Part shown: positions 20,738 through 30,619 of the stretch, piece after piece
Position numbering within the stretch: position 1 is the stretch's first letter
Layout: the number at the start of each line of letters is the position of its first letter
NCBI GenBank assembly: GCA_051418015.1
Contig: JBPRGF010000033.1
Span: forward strand, 160,001 to 224,000
DNA from: Candidatus Nitrospinota bacterium M3_3B_026
Lineage (GTDB): Bacteria; Nitrospinota_A; UBA7883; JBPRGF01
Length of the DNA stretch: 64,000 bases
Direction: 5' to 3'
Notes under the pieces: generated by a model
What the model saw: the letters and a program-made list of their open reading frames with translations, nothing else
Told to the model about the DNA's origin: nothing
The model's database searches: none
Translations under genes and position numbers: made by a program

Positions 20738-21735
20738 AGACGAAGGAAATGCAGGCCAAAAAAGACGAAGCGGTCAAAAAATCCCTGAGGGACGCCTACG
20801 GGCAGACCCTGGCGGAGCTTGGCGGCTCCAACCCGGACATAGTCGTCCTGGACGCGGATCTTTCCAGCTCGACGAGGACGTCGATCTTTGCGAAAAAACA
20901 CCCCGGCAGGTTTTTCAACATGGGCGTATCCGAGCAGGACATGATGTCCACGGCCGCCGGCCTGGCCGTCTCCGGCAAGATACCCTTCGCCTCCACCTTC
21001 GCCATCTTTGCCAGCGGCAGGGCGTGGGACCAGGTTCGGCAGTCGATCTGCCTCTCCAACCTGAACGTCAAGATCGTAGCCTCCCACGGCGGCATAACCG
21101 TCGGCGAGGACGGCCCCACCCATCAGGCTCTGGAGGACATAGCCCTGATGCGGGTGATGCCGAACATGTCCGTCATAGTCCCCGCCGACGCCCACGAGAC
21201 CGCGGCGGTGATCCGCAAGCTGGCGGACACCCACGGCCCGTTCTACGTCCGCACCGCGCGGGAGAAGTTCCCCGTCCTGTTCGGGGAAGACAAAAAGTTC
21301 AGCATCGGCAAGGGCGACCTTCTGCGCCACGGGGCGGACGTGGCGATAATAGCCTGCGGATTGATGGTCCACCACGCCCTGGAGGCGGCCCAGCGGCTGG
21401 CCGAAAGGGGTGTCGAGGCGTCGGTGGTGAACATGTCCAGCATAAAGCCCATAGACAGGGAGCTGATAATCCAGATGGCCTCCACCGCCGGGGCCATCGT
21501 GACGGCCGAAGAGCATTCCGTCATCGGCGGGCTGGGAAGCGCCGTGGCGGAGGTCGTGTGTGAGAGCGGGCCCGCGCCGGTGGTGCGGGTCGGGATGAAG
21601 GACGGCTTCGGCAAGTCCGGCAAACCGGGCGAGCTTTTGAGCTTTTTCGGGATGAACGCGGATGCCATAGTGGAGGCCGCGGGCAAGGCGATTTCGCTCA
21701 AGGCGCCGCCGTTGCGGGACCTTGGTAGACACTGA
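20734..21735 (+). CDS. Transketolase, C-terminal subunit
   Basis: LDADLSSST, FFNMGVSEQ, GEDGPTHQ and EEHSVIGGLG. ATGA overlap with the N-terminal subunit. Confidence 0.93.
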   Translation: MKTKEMQAKKDEAVKKSLRDAYGQTLAELGGSNPDIVVLDADLSSSTRTSIFAKKHPGRFFNMGVSEQDMMSTAAGLAVSGKIPFASTFAIFASGRAWDQVRQSICLSNLNVKIVASHGGITVGEDGPTHQALEDIALMRVMPNMSVIVPADAHETAAVIRKLADTHGPFYVRTAREKFPVLFGEDKKFSIGKGDLLRHGADVAIIACGLMVHHALEAAQRLAERGVEASVVNMSSIKPIDRELIIQMASTAGAIVTAEEHSVIGGLGSAVAEVVCESGPAPVVRVGMKDGFGKSGKPGELLSFFGMNADAIVEAAGKAISLKAPPLRDLGRH

Positions 21736-21770
21736 TGATTAAAGGAGAGGAGCCTCGCTTCACATAGCCC

Positions 21771-23171
21771 ATGACTGAAAACAAAGAGACCGAAAAAACC
21801 AGCCCGGGCGCCGCCGAGGCGTCCAAAGGCGGCGCTTTCAGGATACCCGTCCGTCACGCCCTGGTGGCGTTTTTCCTCGCGTTCTTCCTCGGAATAGCCG
21901 CAGGCGCGGTGAAATCCAACACCGTCCTCGCTGTTGTGAAGACCTACGACGAGTTGGAGGTCTTCGCCGACGTACTCTCGCTGATCGAGACGAACTACGT
22001 GGAGGAGGTGGAGCCGAACAAACTGATCGAGGGGGCCATAAACGGCATGTTGCGGGCCCTTGACCCGCACTCCAGCTACATGACGCCGGAGATGTACAAG
22101 GAAATGCAGGTGGAGACCGAGGGCGAGTTCGGCGGCCTGGGTATAGAGATAACCATTCAGGACGGATGGCTGACGGTGGTCTCCCCCATGGAGGACACCC
22201 CGGCGTGGGAGGCCGGGATCGAGCCGGGCGACAAGATAATCAGGGTGGAGGGAGAGTCGACCCACGATATGACCCTTATGGAGGCCGTGCGCAAGATCAG
22301 GGGCAAGACCGGGACGGACGTCACCATCACCATCATGCGCGAAGGCTTCGAGGAGCCGAAAGATTTTACCGTGACCCGCCGGATCATCCACGTGAAAAGC
22401 GTAAGAAGCGATATGCTCGAAGACAGGTGGGGCTACGTGAGGATAAGAAACTTTTCCAAGGACACCGCCGATGAGCTCGACGAGGCCCTCGACGAGTTCA
22501 AAGAAAAGGGGATGCAGGGCCTCCTGCTCGACCTTCGCAACAATCCGGGCGGTCTTTTGAGCCAGGCCGTCGAGGTGGCGGACCAGTTCCTGGACAAGGG
22601 CGAGTTGATCGTCTACACCAAGGGCAGGCTTCCCAACCAGAACATGCGCTTCACCGCTAAGACGGAGCACGAGGAGCCCTATTACCCCGTGGTCGTCCTG
22701 GTCAACCATGGGTCGGCCTCGGCGTCGGAGATCGTCGCCGGAGCCCTGCAGGACCTGAAGAGGGCGCTTGTGGTGGGCATCGCCACCTTCGGCAAAGGCT
22801 CTGTGCAGACCATCATTCCCCTTAAGGGCGACGCCGCGCTGCGGCTCACCACGTCCAGGTACTACACCCCCTCCGGACGACAGATCCAGGAGGTGGGCAT
22901 AGAGCCGGACGTCGTGGTGGAGCAGGCTCCGCCGCCCGCTCCGTCGAGTAAACCAGAGCCGATGAAGGAGGAGGACCTTCTGAACCACCTGAGGGGGGCG
23001 CCGCCGGAGAAGAAGAAGGAGAAGGAGGCTGAGCCGGAGGCGAAAGAGCCGTCCAGCCGGAAGGTCGTTGACCTGGAGAAGGACGTCCAGCTTCGGCGCG
23101 CCCTTGCCATCCTGGAAAGCTGGAACAAAATCGACCAGATCCGCGAGCATCAGCGGGCCGTGACGAACTGA
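21771..23171 (+). CDS. ctpA: Carboxyl-terminal processing protease (S41, PDZ domain)
   Basis: LDPHSSY, GEFGGLGIEI, DLRNNPGGLL, SASASEIVAGALQD and TFGKGSVQ. Confidence 0.93.
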   Translation: MTENKETEKTSPGAAEASKGGAFRIPVRHALVAFFLAFFLGIAAGAVKSNTVLAVVKTYDELEVFADVLSLIETNYVEEVEPNKLIEGAINGMLRALDPHSSYMTPEMYKEMQVETEGEFGGLGIEITIQDGWLTVVSPMEDTPAWEAGIEPGDKIIRVEGESTHDMTLMEAVRKIRGKTGTDVTITIMREGFEEPKDFTVTRRIIHVKSVRSDMLEDRWGYVRIRNFSKDTADELDEALDEFKEKGMQGLLLDLRNNPGGLLSQAVEVADQFLDKGELIVYTKGRLPNQNMRFTAKTEHEEPYYPVVVLVNHGSASASEIVAGALQDLKRALVVGIATFGKGSVQTIIPLKGDAALRLTTSRYYTPSGRQIQEVGIEPDVVVEQAPPPAPSSKPEPMKEEDLLNHLRGAPPEKKKEKEAEPEAKEPSSRKVVDLEKDVQLRRALAILESWNKIDQIREHQRAVTN

Positions 23172-23208
23172 ACGTCCAACCCGGCGGGAATAGAAACGGG
23201 CGGCCTTT

Positions 23209-24192
23209 ATGAAAGGCTCCAGAACAGGGCGGGAAGGCGCCGGAAGGGGGCGCGGTTCCGGCCCGTTTTCCTTCCTATCGAAATACGGTTTCGAGATCAT
23301 CCTCGGCGTTGCGCTTTTCGCCCTGGCTGCCGGTGTTTGGCTGCTTCTGCCCGGCGACGAGGCGCGGCAGGAGGACCAGCACATAGAATCGGAAGTGGAC
23401 GAGGTCCGGCGGCCGGAGATGATAGTCGAGGAGAAGCTGGCCGCCATCCCGCCGGAGAAGGGCGTTGAAACGCCGCCGCTTCCCGCGTTCCCGGAGAAAC
23501 CCCGGATAGCCTTCATAATAGACGACCTCGGCGCGGAGCCGGAGGCGGCCGAACGGCTGATGGCTATCGACGCGCCTCTGGCGCTGTCCATACTGCCCGG
23601 CCAGAGGTTCTCGAAATCCATCGCCGAGAACGCCGCAAAGCGCGGCGTGGTGGTGATGGCGCATCTGCCCATGCAGCCAAAATCCAGCGAGACCGACCCC
23701 GGCCCGGGGGCGCTCACCGTCTCGCAGGACGCGGATATGATACTCAGAACGCTGAAAGCCGACATGGACGCGGTCCCCGGAGCCCTGGGCGTGAACAACC
23801 ACATGGGCTCGCTTTTCACCGAAGACAGGGAGAGGATGTCCATCGTGATGCGGGAGATAAAAAGGCGCGGGCTCTTCTTCATCGACAGCAGGACGACCGC
23901 CGGAACGGTGGCCTACGACGTCGCCGTGGAATATGGCGCCAGGGCGGCATCCCGCGACGTTTTCCTCGACAACGAAAGGGACGTGGACAAGATTTCCGGA
24001 CAGATAATAGCCCTGGCCGAGGAAGCGCTGGAAAAAGGGTCGGCCATCGGCATAGGCCACCCCTATCCGGAGACGATCGAGGCGCTGGAACGGACTATCC
24101 CCGTGGCGCGGGCCATGGGGGTGGAGATATCCCCCGTGACGGAGCTTTTGGGGCTCGGCGAACAGGCGGGGGCGGCGGTTAGCGCCCGTTGA
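23209..24192 (+). CDS. Divergent polysaccharide deacetylase (YibQ-like)
   Basis: IIDDLG, HLPMQP, NNHMGS, FFIDSRT, RDVFLDN and AIGIGHP; follows ctpA. Confidence 0.9.
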   Translation: MKGSRTGREGAGRGRGSGPFSFLSKYGFEIILGVALFALAAGVWLLLPGDEARQEDQHIESEVDEVRRPEMIVEEKLAAIPPEKGVETPPLPAFPEKPRIAFIIDDLGAEPEAAERLMAIDAPLALSILPGQRFSKSIAENAAKRGVVVMAHLPMQPKSSETDPGPGALTVSQDADMILRTLKADMDAVPGALGVNNHMGSLFTEDRERMSIVMREIKRRGLFFIDSRTTAGTVAYDVAVEYGARAASRDVFLDNERDVDKISGQIIALAEEALEKGSAIGIGHPYPETIEALERTIPVARAMGVEISPVTELLGLGEQAGAAVSAR

Positions 24193-24952
24193 CTTTCCAG
24201 TTGTAGCCCATGTAGACGACCGGGTTGTTTTCGTCCCTGACGAACGCCGCCCTGGCGGGGGAGAGGTAGCCTGCGATGAACCCTCTGACGCCGCCTCTCG
24301 ACTCAAAATCTCCGGCGAACCATTTGAAGATCGAGGACAGGCGCAAGGTCCCCGACGTTATGTCGATCCTCAATCCCTTGGCCTCGTTGGCCAGGAAAGC
24401 TTTGACCTGGTCGTCGAGCTGTTCGTCCAGCCGCGAGGGGTCGTAGGCCTTCCTCCGAAGGTCCGGGCAGGAGACGGAGGCGCAGACTATCGCCATGTGT
24501 ATCCTCGGGTCGCCGAGTTTTCTGAGGATGTCGTGTTCTATTTCATCGAGAGTGTAAACCCTGCCTCCGACGTAGCCAGCCGGCTTTCCCCACACCGGGC
24601 TGAACAAGCTTCCGATATCGCGGATGCTCTCCACGCCGGGGTGGTCTGTTATCATCTTCGCCGCGAAAATGTTGTAGACGTTTATCCAGAAGGCTTTCTG
24701 TTCATTCTGGTTTTCAAAGCGGGGCGTCCATTCCTCCAGCGCGGCGATGGTTTTCCTGAATCTTGGGTCGGCGGCGAGAGCTTTGTAATCGACAAGGCTC
24801 AGCGGCGCCCCGTCCTTCTCGCCGCGGCTGACGTGGTCTTTCAGGAGCCCGTCCCATCCGGAAAAGTTGAAAAACCCCGCGGAGGCCGGAAAGGCCGCCG
24901 ACGTGAAGAAAACCAGGGCCAGCGCCAGAGAGCGCCTCGTCATGGCGGGCAT
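24179..24952 (-). CDS. DUF547-domain exported protein
   Basis: Signal peptide, AFWINVYN, TLDEIEHDILR, DPRIHMAIVCASVSCP and SSIFKWF. Confidence 0.88.
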   Translation of the reverse strand: MPAMTRRSLALALVFFTSAAFPASAGFFNFSGWDGLLKDHVSRGEKDGAPLSLVDYKALAADPRFRKTIAALEEWTPRFENQNEQKAFWINVYNIFAAKMITDHPGVESIRDIGSLFSPVWGKPAGYVGGRVYTLDEIEHDILRKLGDPRIHMAIVCASVSCPDLRRKAYDPSRLDEQLDDQVKAFLANEAKGLRIDITSGTLRLSSIFKWFAGDFESRGGVRGFIAGYLSPARAAFVRDENNPVVYMGYNWKVNGR

Positions 24953-24971
24953 GGGGCGGCTCCTCCCCGAG

Positions 24972-25493
24972 TCAGTCGTACTTGATGAGCGAATGGATAT
25001 CGTATTCCTTCAGCTTCTCCCTGCCCTTGAGCGAGACAAGCTCCACCATGAAGGCAATCTCCTGTATCTCGCCGCCCAGCCTGCGGACAAGACCCGCCGA
25101 CGCCTCCATCGTCCCCCCGGTGGCCAGAAGGTCATCCACCAGCACCACCTTTTGACCCGGCTCGATAGCGTCCTGGTGTATTTCGATCTCGTTCGAGCCA
25201 TACTCCAGGTCATAGGATATCTTGTGCGTCTTGTGGGGGAGTTTCCCCGGTTTGCGGATTATGACGACGCCCGCGCCGAGGGCGTAGGCCAACGCGGAGG
25301 CGACTATGAACCCCCGGGCCTCGACTCCCACGAAGATGTCGGGCCTTTTGTCGATGTATCGGTGGGCCAGGAGGTCCACGGCGCGGCGGAACGACCGGGC
25401 ATCGGAGAAAAGCGTGGTTATGTCGTAAAATAATATCCCCTCTTTGGGGAAATTCGGTATCTCCCTTATGACCTTCTTGATATCCTGAGGCAT
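24972..25493 (-). CDS. apt: Adenine phosphoribosyltransferase
   Basis: FPKEGILFYDITTL, EARGF, RKPGKLP and VDDLLATGGT. Confidence 0.95.
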   Translation of the reverse strand: MPQDIKKVIREIPNFPKEGILFYDITTLFSDARSFRRAVDLLAHRYIDKRPDIFVGVEARGFIVASALAYALGAGVVIIRKPGKLPHKTHKISYDLEYGSNEIEIHQDAIEPGQKVVLVDDLLATGGTMEASAGLVRRLGGEIQEIAFMVELVSLKGREKLKEYDIHSLIKYD

Positions 25494-25589
25494 GGCTTCC
25501 TTTCTGTCGTTTGGCTGATTTAAAACACGCCGGACACCATAGATAAATACATTTCTATCCTGGTGTTGTCAACGTTCCGGCTCCCTGTC

Positions 25590-25598
25590 TGATATAAT
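25590..25598 (+). promoter_or_regulatory. Extended -10 element upstream of dsbD
   Basis: TGATATAAT about 25 nt before ATG 25623; no well-spaced -35 seen. Confidence 0.45.
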
Positions 25599-25622
25599 TT
25601 CATTTTTTCGCGATTTCTGGGT

Positions 25623-27425
25623 ATGCGACGGACATTTCTTGCGGCCCTGGGGCTTCTGGTGATTATCGCGGGCGGAGCTTCCGCCCAGCTTGTTCCCAGC
25701 GCGGACGTTGTGAGCCTCCGCGCCGTCCTCCCGCAGGACAGGTTCCACGCGGGCGAGTCTTTCCGCCTCCTTTTCGAGCTTGAGTTTAAAGAGGGGTGGC
25801 ATGGCCAGTCCCACGAGCCGACGATGGAGGGGCTTATCCCCACCGTCTTGACGCTTACGGCGGACGAGGGGATCAGCCTGGGAAGGGTCTTCTATCCTCC
25901 CGACAAGATGGAGAAGTTCGAGTTCGCCGAGAAGGAGTTGGCCGTATATGACGGGACGGTCTATATCGGGGCGACCGCCGCCATAGCTCCGCAGGTGGAG
26001 CCGGGCGACTACGCCGTAAGGGCGGACTTGCGGATCCAGGCCTGCGACGATGACTCCTGCCTCATGCCGTCGGACATGCCGCTGACGGTCACCGTGAAGG
26101 TGGCCGCGGCTGGGGAGCCCGTGAACCGCATCAACCAGGATATACATTCCGCCAACGCCTCGCTCTTCTCCGCGAAGCCGCCTCCAGGCGGGGCGGGCGC
26201 GGACGCAGGCGAGATCGGGGGCTATCTCACCAGTCACGGCCTGCTGCTTACGTACATATTCATATTCGTGGGCGGCCTGGCCTTGAATCTTACCCCCTGC
26301 GTCTACCCGCTGATCCCGATAACCGTCTCCTACTTCGGCGGCAAGAGCGAGGAGAAAAAGGGCGGGCTCATCGTCCATTCCGTCCTGTACGTCCTCGGGA
26401 TGGCGGTGATGTACTCGGCCCTCGGCGTCTTCGCGGCGCTTACGGGCGGCCTTTTCGGGGCGCTGTTGCAGCACTGGGCTGTGATACTGCTTATCGTGGC
26501 TGTGCTGGTGGGGCTGTCGCTTTCCATGTTCGGGCTCTACGAGATCCGCGTCCCCGCCTCGCTGGCGGAAATCGGGGGAAAGAACAGGGGCGGGTTTTTC
26601 GGCACATTCCTGATGGGCGTCACCGTCGGTATCATCGCCGCGCCCTGCATCGGGCCTTTCGTTCTGGGGCTGCTGACCTTCGTGGGTGAGAAGGGCGACC
26701 CCATGCTTGGTTTCACGATGTTCTTCGCCCTGGCCCTGGGGCTGGGGACACCGTTCATGATCCTGGCGATATTCTCCGGCGCCGTATCCATACTGCCGAG
26801 GTCGGGGGTGTGGATGCTGTGGGTGCGGCAGGTCTTCGGCGTGGTGCTCCTTGCCATGGCGATATATTTCCTTGAGCCGTTGATACCGGAAGGCTGGTAC
26901 CTTCCCATATTCGGATTATTCTTAGTCGGCGGGGGCGTTTTCCTGGGATGGCTCTCGGGGGTGAAAGCGCCCGGCGCGGGGTTTACGGCGGCCCGGTGGA
27001 TCGTGGGCGCGGCTTTCGTCGCGGGCGGCGCTTTCATGCTCTACCCTTCAGCGCCCGACGCCGGGCCGAAAATCGAATGGAAAAAGGCGACAGAGGAAGC
27101 CGTCGCGGAGGCGGCTTCGGCCGGCAGGCCGGTTATCATCGACTTCACGGCGGACTGGTGCCTGCCCTGCAAGGAGCTTGAGCATTACACATTCTCCGAC
27201 CCGCGGGTCATCGAGCTCTCGGAGAAGTTCGTCATGCTCGAGGCGGACGTCACAAAATCCGGCGACCCGGAGACGGAGAGGCTGAAGGAAAAATACGCCG
27301 TCGCGGGCGTCCCCACCGTCGTGCTCATAGACCCCGCGGGCCAGAGGCGCGAGGATCTGCGCTTCGTTGGGTTCGTGGACGCCGAGGCGTTCCTCAACAA
27401 GATGAGAAAAGCCTCTGGAGGCTGA
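25623..27425 (+). CDS. dsbD: Thiol:disulfide interchange protein DsbD
   Basis: N-domain QACDDDSC, TM domain LTPCVYP and AAPCIGP, thioredoxin domain ADWCLPCK. Confidence 0.92.
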   Translation: MRRTFLAALGLLVIIAGGASAQLVPSADVVSLRAVLPQDRFHAGESFRLLFELEFKEGWHGQSHEPTMEGLIPTVLTLTADEGISLGRVFYPPDKMEKFEFAEKELAVYDGTVYIGATAAIAPQVEPGDYAVRADLRIQACDDDSCLMPSDMPLTVTVKVAAAGEPVNRINQDIHSANASLFSAKPPPGGAGADAGEIGGYLTSHGLLLTYIFIFVGGLALNLTPCVYPLIPITVSYFGGKSEEKKGGLIVHSVLYVLGMAVMYSALGVFAALTGGLFGALLQHWAVILLIVAVLVGLSLSMFGLYEIRVPASLAEIGGKNRGGFFGTFLMGVTVGIIAAPCIGPFVLGLLTFVGEKGDPMLGFTMFFALALGLGTPFMILAIFSGAVSILPRSGVWMLWVRQVFGVVLLAMAIYFLEPLIPEGWYLPIFGLFLVGGGVFLGWLSGVKAPGAGFTAARWIVGAAFVAGGAFMLYPSAPDAGPKIEWKKATEEAVAEAASAGRPVIIDFTADWCLPCKELEHYTFSDPRVIELSEKFVMLEADVTKSGDPETERLKEKYAVAGVPTVVLIDPAGQRREDLRFVGFVDAEAFLNKMRKASGG

Positions 27426-27461
27426 TTTTCTTCCCGCGCTTTCGTCCTGTCCCCGGCGCGG

Positions 27462-27890
27462 CTAGTTCTTGTACACCCTCGGCGTGGCCGCGCCGTCGTG
27501 GCAGCCGGAGGACGAGCAGGCGCCGTTTGTCTGTTTTGCCACCATGCCGGTGGAGTTGCCTTTGACAGTGGCGGTATATCCGACCGAAGGGTCGCCCTCG
27601 GTTGTGTAGAAGTTGCCGCTTGCGTCCGCGGTGATCTCCAGGGTCATGCCGTTGTCCTGGTTGATCACTATGACCTCGCCGGCGGCGGCGGCGCTTGCCG
27701 TGGCGTCCGTGTAGACCGTGCCCGCGTATTTCAGGTTGTGGCATTCGATACAGTCCCGCCCGGCGTTGTGGGATGATTTGCCCGCCGAGCTTACATTCGG
27801 CCCCTCTTCTTCCCCGCAGGCCAGAAGGGACGCGCCAAGCAACAATGTCAGAAATCCACCCGCCGCCTTGTTCATAAATTTGTTGGTCAT
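27462..27890 (-). CDS. Small lipoprotein, putative c-type cytochrome (CxxCH plus CX4CH)
   Basis: Lipobox LLAC, SHNAGRDCIECH and C-terminal CSSSGCH. Confidence 0.7.
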   Translation of the reverse strand: MTNKFMNKAAGGFLTLLLGASLLACGEEEGPNVSSAGKSSHNAGRDCIECHNLKYAGTVYTDATASAAAAGEVIVINQDNGMTLEITADASGNFYTTEGDPSVGYTATVKGNSTGMVAKQTNGACSSSGCHDGAATPRVYKN

Positions 27891-28210
27891 GTACGAAGAC
27901 TCCCCTGCGCGTTTTCGTTATGTCCCAGAAATTTTCAGAAGAAACACGCATCCTCGGTAAGCAACATTTATGCCCCCGTCTCTTTCACGCCGGTTGCCCG
28001 CTCCATATCTCTTTTGGATCAGGCGGTTTCGCCCAAGCGCCGGCGGCGCCCGCCAAGCAACCGTCCGCGCCCAGTGTATTGAAACCGGACAGCACCGGGG
28101 AAACCGTGTCCTTTTTCAGGACTTTCGCCCTCCGCGCGCCCAAAGGCGTTTGTTTTTGCTACCATAGGCAAGATGGCTAAAACACGGAGCCGGGGAAACG
28201 TTTGTCTGAC

Positions 28211-29503
28211 ATGAACGGCAAGTCCAGGGGTGAGACGCTGGCGATAATCCTTGGGGGCGGCAGGGGCGCAAGGCTCTATCCGCTGACCAAGGAGCGCTGC
28301 AAGCCCGCCGTGCCCCTCGGCGGCAAGTACCGGCTCATAGACGTTCCCATCAGCAACTGCATAAACAGCGGTCTGCGCAACATATACATCCTCTCCCAGT
28401 TCATGAGCGCCTCGCTCAACCGGCATGTGTCGCGGACGTACCAGTTGGACGCCTTCAGCGGCGGGTTCGTGGGCATCCTTGCCGCCACGCAGACCCACAA
28501 GAGGGCGGAGGACTGGTTCCAGGGGACGGCGGACGCGGTGCGCAAATGCCTGGAGATGGCGCACCTGCCGAGGTACAGGCGGGTGGTCATCTTGAGCGGC
28601 GACCAGCTTTACAAGATGGATTACAGGCGCCTCCTGGCCACCCACGAGGAGAGCGGGGCGGACATAACCATAAGCGTGCTGCCGGTGGGCCGGGAAAGCG
28701 TAAGCGGGTTCGGCGTGATGCGGATCGATGGCGAGGGGCGCATCGTCGATTTCGTGGAGAAGCCGAAGGATGACGAGGTGATAGAGAAGTACAGGATAAG
28801 CGACGCCTTCGCGCGGGAGAAAGGCGTTCAGGACCGGGACAGGAGGTGGCTCGCCAGCATGGGGATATACGTCTTCGACGTTCCCGTGCTGCTGGACATC
28901 CTGAGGGACGAAAGCCAGATAGACTTCGGAAAGGACGTGATCCCCTCCTCGCTTTCACGCCACAGGACGATGGCCCACCTTTTCGAAGGATACTGGGAGG
29001 ACATCGGCACCATAAAATCCTTCTTTGACGCGAACATCGCCCTGGGGGAGCGCAAAGAGCCTCTGTTCGACTTCCACGGCCGCGAGGAGAACAAGATTTT
29101 CACCGAGCAGCGGTTCCTGATGGCCTCCCGCCTGCTGGACGCCAGCGTCTCGAAATCCGTCATAAGCGACGGGTGCTTTTTCGACGAGGGGGCCAGGATA
29201 GAAAGGTCTGTGATCGGCATCCGCTCCAGGATCGGGCGGAACGCGGACATAAGCGAGGCGGTCATCATGGGCGCGGACTACTACGAACGCCCCGCCGGGG
29301 AGGACGGCTTGCCGGAGCTTGGGATAGGCGACAACGGCGCCATACGCCGCGCCATCCTGGACAAGAACGTTGTTGTGGGGGACGGGGCGCGGATAGTCAA
29401 CGAGCGCGGGCTCCAGGAGGCCGACGGCGAGCTTTACCATATCCGCGACGGGATAGTCATCATTCCAAAGAACACCATCATCCCCCCAGGGACGGTTATA
29501 TGA
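28211..29503 (+). CDS. glgC: Glucose-1-phosphate adenylyltransferase
   Basis: ILGGGRGARLYPLT, KPAVPLGGKYRLID, WFQGTADAV, LSGDQLYKMDY and ASMGIYVF. Confidence 0.95.
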   Translation: MNGKSRGETLAIILGGGRGARLYPLTKERCKPAVPLGGKYRLIDVPISNCINSGLRNIYILSQFMSASLNRHVSRTYQLDAFSGGFVGILAATQTHKRAEDWFQGTADAVRKCLEMAHLPRYRRVVILSGDQLYKMDYRRLLATHEESGADITISVLPVGRESVSGFGVMRIDGEGRIVDFVEKPKDDEVIEKYRISDAFAREKGVQDRDRRWLASMGIYVFDVPVLLDILRDESQIDFGKDVIPSSLSRHRTMAHLFEGYWEDIGTIKSFFDANIALGERKEPLFDFHGREENKIFTEQRFLMASRLLDASVSKSVISDGCFFDEGARIERSVIGIRSRIGRNADISEAVIMGADYYERPAGEDGLPELGIGDNGAIRRAILDKNVVVGDGARIVNERGLQEADGELYHIRDGIVIIPKNTIIPPGTVI

Positions 29504-29531
29504 CCGGTTCGCGCGGAGAGCGCATCCTGCG

Positions 29532-30578
29532 ATGAAAGCCGCCTTCAGGGCCGACGCTTCCCCGGAGATCGGCGCTGGGCACGTGGCGCGGCTTCTGGCT
29601 CTGGCCGAGGAGCTTGCCAGGCGCGGCGCGAAGACTTTTCTGATTACCCACGGGATTTCCGGGGCGCTTTCTGCCATGGCGGACGAGGCCGGCGTGGAGA
29701 TCATCGGCCTCTCCGGCGATGGCCGGGACTGGGACAGGGACGCGGACGCCAGGGCGGCCCGCGGAGCCGTCGAGAGAATCGGCGGCGTGGACTGGCTCGT
29801 GGCCGACCGGCGCGGGATAGACTCCCGGTGGGAGAAGGCCCTGCGGCCCGCGGCGCGGCGGATACTCTCCATCGACGACCTGGCCGGGGACGTCCGCGAC
29901 TGCGACCTGCTGCTGAACCCGAACCACCTGCCGGGGGCGCGGGAAAAGTACCACTACCTGACGCCTAAAGAATGCGTAAGGCTCACGGGCCCCACCTTCG
30001 CCCTCATAAGGCGCGAGTTCCAGGACGCAAGAGCGGAAACGAAGGAGCGCTCCGGGCCGCCGCGGCGGATTCTTGTCTCCTTTGGAGGCAGCGCCCAGGC
30101 GGAAATGATCCTGAAAACCGCCGAGGCCGTCAGGGCTCTTGGAGGCGCCGTGGAGTCGGCCATGTTCGTCGTCAGCGAGCCGGACGCCGCCGATGAGAGA
30201 ATAGGCGGGCTCGAGGGGCTCTCGCCCATCATAAAAGTCGCGCCGCCGCGGCGGGACATGGCCAAGATCACGCTGGCGGCGGACATTGTCATCGGAGCTT
30301 ACGGCGTCTCCACCTGGGAGAGGATGCTCCTTGGCGCGCCGTCGCTTATGGCGTCCGTCACGCCGGAGCAGGCGCCGCTCGCGGCCGCGCTGGCCGATGA
30401 CGGGCTCGCCGTCTACCTGGGGGAGGCCGCGGAGATCAGCGCCGGGGATATCGCGAAGGCCGTATTCAAGCTCATCGACGATCCAGAGCGTCTGCAAAGA
30501 ATGTCGAGAAAAGGGACGGAGCTTGTCGACGGGTTGGGAGCGAAGAGAGTGGCCGACGTCATGCTCTCCACGGGATAG
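29532..30578 (+). CDS. PseG/SpsG-like UDP-sugar hydrolase (GT-B fold)
   Basis: FRADASPEIGAGHVAR, IDDLA, GPTFALIRREF and VDGLGAKRVA. Confidence 0.8.
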   Translation: MKAAFRADASPEIGAGHVARLLALAEELARRGAKTFLITHGISGALSAMADEAGVEIIGLSGDGRDWDRDADARAARGAVERIGGVDWLVADRRGIDSRWEKALRPAARRILSIDDLAGDVRDCDLLLNPNHLPGAREKYHYLTPKECVRLTGPTFALIRREFQDARAETKERSGPPRRILVSFGGSAQAEMILKTAEAVRALGGAVESAMFVVSEPDAADERIGGLEGLSPIIKVAPPRRDMAKITLAADIVIGAYGVSTWERMLLGAPSLMASVTPEQAPLAAALADDGLAVYLGEAAEISAGDIAKAVFKLIDDPERLQRMSRKGTELVDGLGAKRVADVMLSTG

Positions 30579-30619
30579 CCGGCGCGGGCGAGAGGAAAAC
30601 GAGGGGGAGCGCCGCGGCG

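Noticed and set aside
20700..20760. Transketolase in two ORFs as a possible frameshift
   Set aside because: Two-subunit transketolases are common, and the ATGA overlap indicates normal translational coupling.
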